DNA from: Raja brachyura
Lineage: Eukaryota
Assembly: GCA_963514005.1 (NCBI GenBank)
Contig: OY740800.1
Span: forward strand, 44,826,001-44,890,000
Direction of reading: 5' to 3'
Length of the DNA: 64,000 nucleotides
Each line of letters opens with the position of its first letter. The first letter of the stretch is position 1. Positions 25,490 through 38,510 of the stretch are shown here, piece by piece. The position numbers and the translations under genes are program-made. Below the pieces are notes generated by a model. The model was given only the letters and a program-made list of their open reading frames with translations. It was not told the DNA's origin and did no database searches.

Positions 25490-26150
25490 CAAGGGTCTTT
25501 TATTGTCACGTGTGCCAATATGCAAATGACCATACAGTCATACTAAAGAAAAAGCAACAAGACTGACAACTACATAAAAGTTAACATAAACATCCACCAC
25601 AGCGGATTCCCCGCATTCCTTACTGTGATGGAAGGCAATAAAGTCCAATCTTTTTCCTCTTTATTCTCCCGCGGTCGGGGCAGTTGAACCATCTGCATTC
25701 GGGGTGATCGAAGCTCCCGCAAACTGTGATCGAAGCTCCTGCGGCTTGGAGCTCCCGAAGTCGGTCTCTGCCCGGAGACCACGAGCTCCACGATGTTAAT
25801 GTCCGCAGACTCTCGCGGTTGGAGTACAGAGGTCGTTCCCTGGTAAAGGGATGGCGAGCTCTGCGATGTTAAGTCCCGCAGGATCCCGCAGTTAGAGCTC
25901 CCAAATCGATCTCCAGGAAAGACCGCCAACTCCTCGATGTTAGGCTGCAATGTGGACGGAGATACGATATGGAAAAAGGTTGCAACTCCGTCGAGGTATG
26001 AGATTAAAAAGGTTTCTCCCCACCCCACCCCCCCACATAAAACAAGCTAAAGAACACTAAAAACATACATTTAACACATACTATTAAAACAACAATGAAG
26101 GAAGGGACAGACAGACTATTGGCGATGCAGCCATTGCTGGCGCCACCCAG
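25490..26150 (-). mobile_element. Non-autonomous GC-rich retroposon (family also at about 47575-48360, 62395-62980, 45360-45660)
   Basis: Shared blocks tttattgtca, aacatccaccac..cctcactgtgatggaaggc and ctccacgatgttaggc; microsatellite tails. Confidence 0.55.
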
Positions 26151-26508
26151 TGGTGGAACCTTGACTATTATCTGTATTTGCTATTAGTAGATGCAGTAGG
26201 TAAAACAACATTATTGCCTGAAGAAGGGTCTCGACCCAAAATGTCACCCATTCCTCTCCAGAGATGCTGCCTGCCCCGCTGAGTTACTCCAGCATTTTGT
26301 GTCTACCATTATTGCCCGAGGATGAGTCTGCACTACAGACTGGAATGACAACAGGACAACGATTAATCAAAATGAATCGCACTCTTAAAATCAAATGGGT
26401 CTTTGAGGTTCTGCTGAGTAAGTGGGAATGTACTGAAGAGTCATTTGGGATTCAGAGAATACATGTTGCAATTGATGCTAATCGGTGTGTGGTTTTCTTT
26501 ACAATTAG

Positions 26509-26623
26509 GTCAAATTTAATGGGAACCAAGTTTACAATCTATGATAATGGCGTCAATCCAGCTAAAGCAGTTGGATTACTTGACGAAGCCAATACCAGGC
26601 AAGAATTAGCTGCAATTTGTTAC
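26509..26623 (+). CDS. TULP3: TULP3 exon 8
   Basis: [17 protein letters not shown]...[10 protein letters not shown]; 115 nt; GTGAGT donor. Confidence 0.97.
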
Positions 26624-27020
26624 GTGAGTATACGGTACTTTACCAGTATACAATATGGCAAGATTTCTTTGGCTAGCCTTCTAGATACTCAGTCCGCCTG
26701 TTACAACTGAGCTATACATTTTAAATGTATTTAAGAATCATGTAGATCTTGTATAGCTGGCTGCTTGGATGAGTAATTCCTTAGAATTTGTTTTGATAAA
26801 TATGAACTGCAGTTTAAATGATTTCTGGCCCTCCACAATCACCCTCAATACACATGCCAGACATGCTATCTTTTGGCTCTTTTAAAAAAAGTTTTGTTTT
26901 AAATGAATAGAATTATTCTGTGCAAGATTTTAAATACTCAGATGTTTGGAATTTGGAAGAGCCATTGCAATGGGGGCAAGTAGTAGCAAAAACTTCCCAT
27001 TCTACCCCAGTGTGGAATCT

Positions 27021-28014
27021 TAAAAAAAAAAGTTTTAAATTTATTAGAGGTACAGTAAATTACATCAGTGTACGTCCCATATATATTATTACAATCATTG
27101 TACCCCTTAATTTTTAAGGCTGTTAAAGAAAAAGAATAGAAACCGAGAAAGCAGAGAAAGTGAGAGGGAGTTGTGAAAGTGAAGAAGCGTGACAAAGGGA
27201 AAGAAAAAAGAGCCCTTGGTCGAAGAGTTAGAGAAAGGAGATTAAGAGATAGACCCTAGGGGAAAAAAAATTGAAAGAAGAATAAAGGAAAAGCCAGTTA
27301 CTTTATTATAAACATCACGCAAAAGGAATTTACCAACTCGGCAGTTTTTCATCCCCCTTTACCAAGACCCGACGCCGGTACCTTTTTGAGGGACTCTTGC
27401 ATCCTATCCTGGTAGTAGATCTATAAATGCAGACCACGTCTTATAGAAGCGATCTGATTTTCCTGCCAGGCGGAGTCTCATATCTTCCAGACCTAGTGTT
27501 TCAAACATAGTTGAAATCCACATATTTACTGTTGGTATGGGAGCATTTTTCCAGAATTTTAAGATTAACTTTTTTCCTGTTATTAAGCCGTATTCAAATA
27601 GATTCTTTTGAAACACATTTAATTCAGGGCTACCTTCCGTTGTTCCAAAAATAATCCATTCTGCCTTTGGTGTCAGTTTTATTTTAAATAATTTTGTAAA
27701 GATTTCAAAAATTTCAGTCCCAAATTTTTGAATTTTTGTACAAAAAACAAATGAGTGCGCTATAGTAGCTGCTTGTGACTGGCATTTATCACAAATAGGT
27801 GAGACGCTGGGAAAAAGTTTACTTATTTTAGTTTTTGAATAGTATAATCTATGTAAGATTTTAAATTGTATTAAAGTGTGTCTTGATGTTCATTAAACAT
27901 TTATGCACATTTAATAAGTGTTCTTCCCACCTTTCTTTGGAAATTTTGATAACTAATTCTTGTTCCCAGTCTCTTTTAATACCCTCAGTTGTTGGTATTT
28001 CTGCAATTAGAATA

Positions 28015-28052
<38 letters not shown>

Positions 28053-29778
28053 ATTAAGTTTGCTGATTCAGCCTTTGTATTCATTGCTTCATCCAGTAAA
28101 TCTGATGGCATTTTGTAATATTATTGTGCATATTTTTTCAGATAGTCACATATTTGGAAATATTTGAAATACTGATTGTTTCCCAAATTGTACTTTAGTT
28201 GTAATTGTTTAAATGATAGTAATTTTCCCGTTTCATACAAATCTCCCAATGTTTTAATTCCTGCTCTTTCCCAATGTATAAATGCTTTATCTATAATTGA
28301 GGGTTTAAACAAAGGGTTTTTAACTATAGGAGGTAGGAGAGATAAATTTCTTAATTTTAAGTTGTATTTTATTTGTTTCCAAATTCTAATTGTACTATGT
28401 ATAATTAGATTTTTGTTATAATTTGTATTATTCAACTTCATTGGTGAAAGAAGGATCGCTCCAATATTACAAGGGGAGCAGTCCTCTTTCTCCATAATAA
28501 TCCAATCCAGTTGCTGGGAAGAATTATCCAGCAATTGAATCATATTTCTAATATTTACAGACCAATAGTAATACATAAAATTAGGGAGTGCTGATCCCCC
28601 TACTACTTTGGGTTTATTCAAGTGTGTTCTTTGTATTCTATGGGATTTATAATCCCATATAAAATTCGTAATGTCTGAATCCAGTTTTTTTTTAAAACTC
28701 TTTGGGTAGGTATATGGGAATTGATTGGAACAGGTATAGAATTTGTGGTAGAAAAATCATTTTTATAGCATTTATTCGGCCTATTAAAGACATCGGAAGC
28801 TTTTTCCAGAATTTAATTAAATTATATAATTTCTTAAGTAAAGGATTATAATTAGCATTAAACATGTCTTGATATCTTCTAGTAATTTCAATATTTAAAT
28901 TTTTCTATAGCTATTTTAAAAGGAAATTGTAAAAAGATGTGTAGAATCTTTCGGTTTTATTGACATGATTTCACTTTTATTCCAATTTATTCTGTATCTT
29001 GAAAATGATCTAAAATCTTGGATGAAATGTAATATATTTGATATAGTGATATGAAGTTTTGTGATGTACAATAATACATCATCAGCGTATAATGATATTT
29101 TATTATTTGAATATTTTGTATTATAGCCATGGATATTCGGATGAGTTCAAATTCTTTCCGCTAGAGGTTCAATTATAAGAGCAAATAACAGCGGTGATAG
29201 TGAACATCCTTGTCTATTACCCCTTGACAATTGAAATTTCGTAGATAAAATGTTATTAGTTAATATTCTGGCCGTTGGCTTATTATATAGTAATTTACTC
29301 CATAGAATGAAATTCTCTCCCAGTTGGAATTTTTGCAATACATTAACCATATAATCCCATTCCACCTGATTGAATGCTTTCTCTGAATCCAACGAAATAA
29401 TTGAAAGTTTTTGATCTTCAATTTGGTGTGAATGCATTGAGTAGACGTCTCAAATTATTAAATGATTGTCCCTTAGGGATAAACGCAGTTTGATCCGGAT
29501 GTATTAATTTACTAGCATACTTACTTAATCTTCTCGCTAAACTTTTTTCGCTAATACTTTTTGATCTGTGTTTAACAACGCAATAGCTCTATATGATCCG
29601 GGTTCTTCCACATCTTTATCTTTCTTAAGTATTAATGTAATCGTTGATTCTGCTAGTGTTTCAGGTAGTATTTGTTCTTTAAAGGCATATGTATACATTT
29701 TCTGTAGGCGTGGTGTAAATATGTCATTAAAACTTTTATAGAATTTATTACTAAATCCGTCAGGACCTGGTGTTTTAT
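27021..29778 (-). mobile_element. 5'-truncated L1-clade LINE (decayed ORF2) in TULP3 intron 8
   Basis: KTPGPDG, IISLDSEKAF, LSRGNRQGCSLSPLLFAL motifs; 14-bp TSD ccagtgtggaatct at 27007-27020 and 29779-29792. Confidence 0.9.
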
Positions 29779-29944
29779 CCAGTGTGGAATCTGACCAACT
29801 TCTTAACTAAACAATCTGGGAATGTAGGTACCAAGTTTGCTGACCTTGTATTTGACAGGCGCAGTGTCCGTGATATGAACTTGATATTTATGTGCAATAA
29901 TATTGTTATAATTTATTACTGTAATAACTGGTATTTCTCTCCAG

Positions 29945-30043
29945 GAGACCAATGTCCTTGGGTTTAAAGGCCCACGGAAAATGACGGTTGTCATTCCAGG
30001 GATGAGCATGAATCATGAACGAGTCCCGATCAAACCTCGTAAT
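29945..30043 (+). CDS. TULP3: TULP3 exon 9
   Basis: [33 protein letters not shown]; 99 nt; GTAAGT donor. Confidence 0.97.
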
Positions 30044-30259
30044 GTAAGTCATTAGGAAATGAGAGAGGTCTTCATAATTGATAGGTCTTTAAATTTAGCA
30101 GGATGCATGTGTTCATAATATGTGGGTTTTGCGAGTTGTGGGCTATCAGCGATGCTGGATGGAAAAATAAACCTGTTTAAATGTTTATAAAACAAGCTCT
30201 GTGTATTGGTGAAATTCACCCATAGGGCTTGAACCTTGACCAAATGCCAGACAAGTGTC

Positions 30260-30530
30260 AGGGTGGCACAGTGGTGCAGCGGTAGAGTTGCTGCCTTACA
30301 GCGCCAGAGACTCGGGTACAATCCTGACTGTATGGAGCTTGTACCTGCTCCCCATGGCCTGTGTCGGTTGTCTCTGGGTTTCTCTCCCTCACTCCAAAGG
30401 CAAACAGGTTTGTAAGCTAATTGGCTTCTGTAAATTGCCCCGAGTGTGTGTAGGATAGTGTTAGTGTGTGGGGATCGCTGGCCGGCACGGACTCGGTGGG
30501 CCAAAGGGCCTGTTTCCGCACTGTATCTCG
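30260..30530 (+). mobile_element. V-SINE (HE1-like)
   Basis: A box, V-domain and CR1-like tail. Confidence 0.8.
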
Positions 30531-30633
30531 AAAATAAACAAAAGTTATAAACAGTTCTGACAGCCACATTTGAAACAAAATATCAATCAAATAGCACGTC
30601 CAATAGAGATGGAATAACAAGATTTTAACGTTT

Positions 30634-30676
30634 AACTTGGTTCCCATTAAATTTGACCTAATTGTAAGGAAAACCA
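30634..30676 (-). other. Inverted 43-nt copy of the TULP3 intron7/exon8 junction
   Basis: Reverse complement equals 26490-26532 at 42/43 positions. Confidence 0.95.
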
Positions 30677-30784
30677 ACACAATAATAAGCTTAAAAATAC
30701 TCTTCACGTTTTGCTAAGTCAAGAGAGGCTGTAAGTGTTACATCTGCTTTCATGCCCCCCCCCCCCCCCCCCCCCCCACCCCAG

Positions 30785-30956
30785 GAACATGAAAGTTTGC
30801 TGTTAATGTGGCAGAACAGGAATATGGAAAACTTAATCGAGCTGCATAACAAGGTGCCTGTTTGGAATGATGATACTCAGTCCTATGTGCTGAATTTCCA
30901 CGGGAGAGTCACGCAGGCGTCTGTCAAGAACTTTCAGATTGTTCACGACAATGATC
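30785..30956 (+). CDS. TULP3: TULP3 exon 10
   Basis: [35 protein letters not shown] (tubby signature). Confidence 0.97.
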
Positions 30957-31789
30957 GTAAGTACCGATCCTCAAAATCCCATCCAAGGGTTGCAAGTGAC
31001 AAGAATGTTTTTATGGTAACGATCTGAATATGGAATATCCCTTCATAGACTGGCCCTTGGGGCCCATCTCATCCGTAGAGACCAGCATGCCAATGCAGGA
31101 GAATCTTTTAAAAGATTACAAACGTTGTTTTAAAAAAAAAAAAGATTGGGACGTCAAAAGAAGTAATGTTTAAGAAGGAACTGCAGATGCTGAAAAAATC
31201 GAAAGTAGACAAAAAATGCTGGAGAAACTCAGTGTGTGAGGCAGCATCTATGGAGAGAAGGAGTAGGTGACGGATGTCCTCCATTGATGCTGCCTCACCC
31301 ACTGAGTTTCTCCAACATTTTTTGTCCATTTTCAGAAGAAGTAATGTAATGTTTCTGGAGTGAAAGCGCAAGTCAAGCCAACTTTATTTGTCACATACAC
31401 ATATAAGATATGCAGTGAAATGAAAATGGCAATGCCTGCGGACTGTGCAAAGAGCAACGGAACAGAATAGAACAGAACCAGTATTTACATATTAGAATTT
31501 TTTTTAAAAGACACAACACAACAGTAGATTAGTCCCTGGTGAGATAAGAGTTTTCAGTCCTGATGGCCTGTGGAAAGAAACTCCGTCTCATTCTCTCTGT
31601 TTTCACAGCGTGACAGCGGAGGCGCTTGCCTGACCGTAGCAGCTGGAACAGTCCGTTGCAAGGTCTCAGATAAGCTAGTGGTACGTGTATTGAACAGAAA
31701 AGCCCATTAAAGCAGGCTGGAAAACCTGTAGGTGCAATTAATCGTATGGGATGGCAGTGCTCTGGCAATAACAATGACCTCGACTCAAG

Positions 31790-31966
31790 GGAGTACAAGA
31801 GAAAGGGAGTGGGAAGGGGGCTGTTACTTAAAATTGGAGAATTCAACAGTCATACTGTTGGTTGTAAGTTAGGTCCCCTCCCCTCCAACACTGGTAGTCA
31901 CCCATATCTCCCACTATCCTGCCCCTCTCCCCCCCCCCCCCCCCACTATCCTGCCCCTCGTCTCTT

Positions 31967-31997
<31 letters not shown>

Positions 31998-32430
31998 ACT
32001 ATCCTGTCCCTCTTTCCCCCCCCCCCCCTTCCATCTACATTCCTCCATCTGGCTTTTCTCTCTTTTTTTTATCTGGTGCCCTTTTTGTCTCCTTTTCATT
32101 TCCAGCCTTGTCCACTCATCTGCCAATCCAAGCCGTCCTCACCTATATTAACCTATCCAGGCTGTGCCCCTCCCTATCCCTTTTCCAGCTTTCTTCCTTC
32201 CCCGTGCTACAATCAGTGTTAAAATACTCCCGACCCGAAACATCATCGATCTATGTCCTCCACAGATGCTGCCTGACCCGCACAGTTACTCCAGCACTCT
32301 GAAACGTCATCAATCTATGTCCTCCTCAGATGCTGCCTGACCCGCAGAATTACTCCAGCACTCTGAAACGTCACCAATCTATGTCCTCAGATGCTGCCTG
32401 ACCCTCAGAGTTACTCCAGCACCTTGTGAT
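31790..32430. mobile_element. Decayed Penelope end with poly-C tracts and a triplicated terminal segment of about 64 nt
   Basis: aaattggagaattcaa block; three copies of gaaac..tctatgtcctc..agatgctgcctgaccc..ttactccagcac at about 32237-32422. Confidence 0.6.
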
Positions 32431-33587
32431 TTGCTCACAATTTCCTTGTCTCCAAGCACAGAATGTATCTGTTTAGAAGTAAGAAACTGGAAAGAGGAAC
32501 CAAGCCACTATTGGTTATTCTATACCCTGCCAACTAGTGGGAATGATGTTGAGGGGTAAACTTGCTGGGGGAGGATTTCAGAGGCAAAAGCCACGAAGTA
32601 GTAAGAATGGGGAAGCTCAAATTATTCAGATGTAGATGTGGCTAACAATTCCATAGAGAGACACAAAAAGCTGTTGTAACTCAGCTGGACAGGCAGCATC
32701 TCTCGAGAGAAGGAGAGGATGACCTTTTGGGATGAGACCCTTCTTCAAAGAATCCCACAGATCCCACAAAGCATTTGTGGAGTCTGTCACTGATCGATGT
32801 GTTTCTGGCCCGACAAGGAAGATGGCACCAAAATGGAAATGTTGTAACCATTCAGCAGCCTGGGGAGCGTGGAGGGAAGATGAGCAGAGGCCTGGAATGT
32901 TAACTGCTTGGCATCACTTCCTTGCTGATTGTTTCCAGCACTTGTTTTTCAGATTTAAAGCATCACTTGTTTTTTTGCTTTTCATTTACTGAGGAGAGGC
33001 GGCAGTGCTGGACCTGGCTCAGGGAACCGAGCCAGAGTCAAAAGGGGAAGCATGCAGAGGTCATAACAACACAGGGTTTAGCACAGCTATACATAAGACA
33101 TGTCATCCACTTTATCATGTGTTTCTGTTACATAGTAAACGGGCGTGGTGTGTAATGAGCTGTCAGGGCTGGGAGTTGCAGTAGATTCAATTATAACATT
33201 CGAATGTGAAATAGAAGGATTTTCAGAGCGGTGGTGAGAGAGTGGAGAAATGGGACTAGTTGGATGGCTCTTCCGGAGAGCCAGTAACCTCCTGTAACCA
33301 TTCTGTGACCGTGATGCTATCATCAACATAAGATCCACTGGCAACTTAAACCAGGCGACCATTTCGCTGAATACTCACGCTGGGTCCGCCAAGGTCTGCT
33401 GGTTCTCCCGGTTGCTCACCATTTTTACTCCCGTCCCATTCCCACGATGGCCTTTCTGTCCTGGGCCTCGTCCATTGCCAGAGCGAAGCCACATGCAAAC
33501 CGGAGGAACAGCACCGCATATAGCTTACAACCCAACGATGTGAGGGTTGAATTTTCCAATTTTAGATAACTCGCCTACAAACACAAT

Positions 33588-33734
33588 NNNNNNNNNNNNN
33601 NNNNNNNNNNNNNNNNNNNNNNNNNNNNNNNNNNNNNNNNNNNNNNNNNNNNNNNNNNNNNNNNNNNNNNNNNNNNNNNNNNNNNNNNNNNNNNNNNNNN
33701 NNNNNNNNNNNNNNNNNNNNNNNNNNNNNNNNNN
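33588..33734. other. Assembly gap (N run)
   Basis: Run of n bases. Confidence 1.
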
Positions 33735-34315
33735 CTGGATGTGTACCTATTTCACCTATATTCCTCCTCTGACTTCACATTCCACACCTCCTCATCTCCT
33801 GACCTCTCATCTATTGCCATTCCATCCTGGCCTTTGTTGAAACATGTTGAAAAATCTTCACGAGTCTTCCTGAGCTTACCACGTTTCCCGAGTCCCTGCC
33901 GTTAGCGTTACGAGCCGCTAAGAGACGTCCCAAGCACCGACGTACCCGCTACGTACATTCTACGTGCTTACCACGAGTTTGATTTTTTTTTAAAACTCGG
34001 GAGAGCTCTTGAATTAGCTCGTACAGTGGGACAGCCCCATTACTCTCTTCCAGCTTTCTCCCTTCCCCATCTCCAGTCAATCTGAAGAAGGGCCCTGACC
34101 TGAATGGTCACCCTCATGTCCAGAGATGCTGTATGTCCCGCTGGGTTACTCCAGCATTTTGTGTCTATTCCTGACCTGAAATGTCACCTATGCTGCCTGT
34201 CCCAGCACTTTGTGTGCATTGTTGCTCTAGTTTGATGTTTAAAATTAACCCGGTGGTGCATGCAAAATTGTAATTTGAATTTCGGTGAAGACTAATAATG
34301 TTTCCCATCCCACAG

Positions 34316-34449
34316 CTGAATACATTGTGATGCAGTTTGGACGCGTGGCAGAAGATGTCTTCACACTGGACTACAATTATCCCATGTGTGCACTGCAGGC
34401 CTTTGCAATCGGCTTGTCCAGTTTTGACAGTAAATTAGCGTGCGAATGA
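34316..34449 (+). CDS. TULP3: TULP3 exon 11 (last coding exon)
   Basis: [42 protein letters not shown]; exons sum to 1344 nt (447 aa); TULP3 rather than TUB from IDGP, GLSSFD and linkage to RHNO1. Confidence 0.97.
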
Positions 34450-36250
34450 CAACATACGTGGATGCTGGCTTCTACGTCTTACAGAAGGACACAAAGGGAC
34501 ATATCTCTGAAGCAGCCTCACAACGGACTATGGATTTGTTGCAATCATGCAAGTAGATTTACTATGGACTTGGTTTAAATCAAAAATAGACAAAAAAAAC
34601 AATAAAAAATCTCCGAATATCAGAAATATATTCCCGTGGCCTACCAATCATGGCAGTTTGATTATGCTATTAATGGACTGTATTTTACATTGCTGTACTT
34701 GAATAAGATATTTTGCCAAATTGTCATGTGGATCAAAATATCACTGTTCATGTTTGCCCACAGAAACAAAATGGGAGCTATCTTAAAAAGTAGGATCCAA
34801 TTTGGTATCAGGTGAAACAGGCGGCACTCCTTTAAATTATGTCACAAACAAATGGCTGGAATAACGATGCTTGAAGCTACTATTTTGATCCACAGCCTTA
34901 TTCGCCCTAGTTTCATCAAAGGCAGTATTACATCGCCGGATCTCCGTTCCAAAGACATCAGTGCTTCCCAATACCTCGTTCAATTAGTCGTTCCTCAGGT
35001 TACCCAGAGCTAGTAAATTTAGCCGTCTTTCCATTCGGTACCCACAGGAAAATGGCTACTAGCGAAGAGGTGGAAGTCAATTAACAGGATGAAGAGTCCT
35101 GACGGAACATAAGGGGGATGTACCGGTAGCTGAGCATGTAAAGGTTTTTTCCGTTCCGACACCTTGAGAATTTATTTTTCCATGTCACATGTCCCATATA
35201 ACTGCAAGTTGGTGTGGCACATTATGTGGCTATGTTTCCACACTGAGGCACAATACTTGCTACACAACTTTCCAAGAAAGGCATCTGATTATCAGTTCTG
35301 CTCCCCATATTGTAGCCGGAATGAGGTATTTACAAATGGTACCCAGTTAAACATTCAGATGCAAGAAAATGAAGCTGGTTTTGATTAAATTAATCTGTAC
35401 GTATTAGAGCTTGTGCCTTGCTCTCTGTTTAGTTACCTACCATCAGCGTCAAAAATAATAGAAACTGAACATAATATCTGGTGTGTTTCGACAGCAGAAC
35501 ACCCGTAATCATGTGCTGTTACTTAACTGCCTCTGTGCTCGTGCTATATAGAGTTACTCAACGTATTGCTGCCTCGAAACACATTCCTGCCAGTGGCCTT
35601 TGGTGATAAACACGATGTGTTGCCCTCCAAATGTGTGCATTATCCTGTGTGGTCTTCAATGTTGTCCGCATGGTCTGCTGGTCTTTTTTCTTTCCCCCTA
35701 TACCACCAGCACAAATATAGTGTGTGATTATATCCGTACACCCGCGGTTTAATCTCGCCGCCCCACAGCCCACCCTTCTGTTACATTTGTTTGATGTGCT
35801 ACTGCGTCATGTATTTCTCCTCCCCTCGCTTCTGTTTGTACATTGTCCCCATATGACACTAATAAGTATATTCTTTATTTATATAACTTAGGATTTTGTG
35901 GCGAAGAGAATGCACTTCATTACAATGCAGGGTTTTTATTTTAAATCCTGATCATTTTTATAAACATTTCAGCATTGTTTTTTAGCCAAATCTTAGCTGC
36001 AGCAAGATGACTCCATTTAACCCATGACAATGGTGGATACCTTTTATTGCCTGTGTTATGTCTGCCCTACATCCATACTTGCACACCTCAATATGCCATT
36101 GTGATTTATACTTTGTTTGGTTTGTATTCATTAGTATCTATTATGAAGCCATTGTGTGATATTCCAATGCAAATTGACTGTGGAAAGTGTATTTTATAAA
36201 TTAAGCAAATCTAAACGAGAAGGTATGTGTTTTTATTATGGATTTGAAAA
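34450..36250 (+). other. Probable long TULP3 3' UTR
   Basis: About 1.8 kb with no recognisable TE in a TE-dense window; AATAAA at 34601-34606; true end not determinable. Confidence 0.45.
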
Positions 36251-36483
36251 AAAAAAAATATTTGCCCTCTGTCCAAACCGATAACATTTTAATCGACAGA
36301 CGAACAAAATTGCAGATGCTGGACTGATGAGCAAAAAACAAAGTGCTGGAAGAACTCAGTGGGTCAGGCAGCATCTGTGGAGGGATATGGGAGTTGACAT
36401 TTCTGGTTAGGACTGACTGGATGACATCTTCAGCGATGTGCTGTTGCTAATTGATAATAACCAACAGCCATCTTCCTTTAGGT

Positions 36484-36785
36484 TTATAGATACAGCACGG
36501 AAACAGGCCCTGCAGCCCACGGAGTCCGCACCCACCAGCGATCCCTGCACATTAACACTATCCTACGCACACACAAAGAACATTTTACACATACACCAGG
36601 CCAATTAACCTGCAAACCTGTACGTCTTTGGAGTGTGGGAGGAAACCAAAGATCTTGGAGAAAACCCACGCAGGTCACGGGGAGAACGTACAAACTCCGG
36701 ACAGACAGCACCCATAGTTGTGATGGAACCCGGGCCTCTGGCACTGCAAGCGCTGTAAGGCAGCAACTCTACCACTGCGCCATAA
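36484..36785 (-). mobile_element. V-SINE (HE1-like)
   Basis: Same family; further copies at about 37138-37395(+), 41496-41773(-), 48458-48767(+), 49492-49797(-), 50626-50930(+). Confidence 0.85.
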
Positions 36786-38389
36786 TGCCCCCCTTTATAT
36801 GAGATAAGACTCCAACCATTGAAGCATTTTCCTCTTGATGCCCCTTGACTTGAGTTATACCCTGGGACCTTGATCCACATTCATTCAGCTGCACCTGCCT
36901 CACTTAAGATTTCAATGAGGAGGAGAAGAAAGAATGGAACTTGGCAGAACATGTCCACTCAAACTCAACCACATGTGAATGAATCTCCGCTCACCCCAGT
37001 GCTCCTGAATCTCAGGAATCCTAAATATTAATATCTTTATTTCTACAAAAAGGTGCAGAAAGTAAAGACAAATATAATCAATGGGAAGTGATCAGAGACT
37101 TAGAAACAATGAGCTTCCAGGCGGCTGAGTTTAGTCCCACACAGTGGCACAGCAGTAGAGTTGCTGTCTTACAGTGCCAGAGACCCGGGTTCGATCCTGA
37201 CCAAAGATACTAGATATTTGATTCCCAAAATGCTTCCCACTTTCCAAAGACGTGCAGGTTTGTAGGTTAATTGTCTTCTGTAAATTGTCCGTGGTGTATA
37301 GGTTAGAACTAATGTGCGTGTGATCGCCGGTCGGCATGGACTCGGTGGGGCGAAGGGCCTGTTTCCATGCTGTATCACTGAAACTAAAACTAAAAATGTA
37401 TTTTAATATATCTCAGCGATCTGGATTTAAATGCAGGGTCCATGGTGGGATAGGAAATTGTAGGAACAGGAAGATATTAAAGGATTGATCAGGTGCTTGG
37501 AAAAATCGAAAAAGATGCGACGCTTTTTTGATGGGCAGGCTTGGCAAATAAGCCACATTACATTAGGCTTGTGTACTGAGTGAGGTACAGTGAAAAGCTT
37601 TGTTTTTCAAGTTATCTAAACAGATCAAAAAATATTATACATAAATCTAAAAAGTGCAAAGTCAAGTGTAATAGATAGAGCAAAAGGGAAGATACAGGGT
37701 GCAGAATCTAGTTCTCAGCATTGTAGCGCATCAGTTCCACAGACAAAGTCCAATGTCCGCAATGGGGTAGAGGTGAATGGGGCAGTACCCTAGCGTATGG
37801 AAGGGCCGTTCAGAAGCCTGATAACAGAAGGGAAGAAGCTGTTCCTGAGTCTGGTGGTGCGTGCTTTCAAGCTTCTGTACCTTCTGGCCCGACAAGTGTG
37901 GGACAAGTCTTTGTTTGTGTTGGCTGCTTTTCCAAAGCTTCACTAAGTGTAGAAGGAGTCAATGGAGGGAGGTTCAAAGGAACACAAGGACCTTGGTGTG
38001 CTGGTGAGCAAGATAAGGTGTTGGCAAAAGTGTCTGGGATACTGTGACTAAGCCACACGTTGACAGAGAAGGGAGACCTCACTGAACCTGTGAAGAGCCT
38101 AATGAGGCAAGGGGGAAGAGTGCAAACCACCATCAGATGAACAAATGAACGTTGGGGCTGCAATCTCAATAAAATGAATAATTGAAGACTGGTTTATGTT
38201 CTGAGCAAAATGTATACCTGTTCTCTTAAATATAATACCCCTGTCGTTCTATTTTCCTACTTAGCAATTTCTCAAAGATTGGGATGTTGACTTTCCCCAC
38301 AGCACCTGCGCTTAATGGGATTTTGAAACGTCAATACACACAGTCGATTAATGTTTAAAAAGGCAGCTGTTGGAAATATTTTGCCTGGA

Positions 38390-38395
38390 TATAAA
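38390..38395 (+). promoter_or_regulatory. TATA box of the HAAF-like gene
   Basis: TATAAA starting 66 nt upstream of the signal-peptide ATG. Confidence 0.6.
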
Positions 38396-38455
38396 TGCTG
38401 GTGCAAGTGCCCCTCTTGTACTCAGTTATTGGTGTGAACTCTTGGATCTGGAACA

Positions 38456-38510
38456 ATGAGAGTGCTGAGTCTTTTGCTTCTAGTTGCTGGTGTCTATGGA
38501 GTGCCTTCAG
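38456..38510 (+). CDS. HAAF/dermatopontin-like gene exon 1 (signal peptide MRVLSLLLLVAGVYGVPS)
   Basis: Classical signal peptide, phase-1 donor, TATA upstream. Confidence 0.75.

Noticed and set aside
30417-30707. Minus-strand ORF containing RSNLMGTK, as a second tubby gene or pseudogene
   Set aside because: Similarity is limited to about 43 nt including intron sequence, and the ORF runs into a SINE; reported as an inverted junction copy instead
31746-32222. Proline-rich ORFs (also 30752-30784 and 46190-46519)
   Set aside because: Translations of poly-C or low-complexity tracts; homopolymer lengths may also be sequencing-inflated
38255-38300. NF-kB-like (gactttcccc) and C/EBP-like words upstream of the HAAF-like TATA box
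   Set aside because: Imperfect short matches, not distinguishable from chance without conservation data
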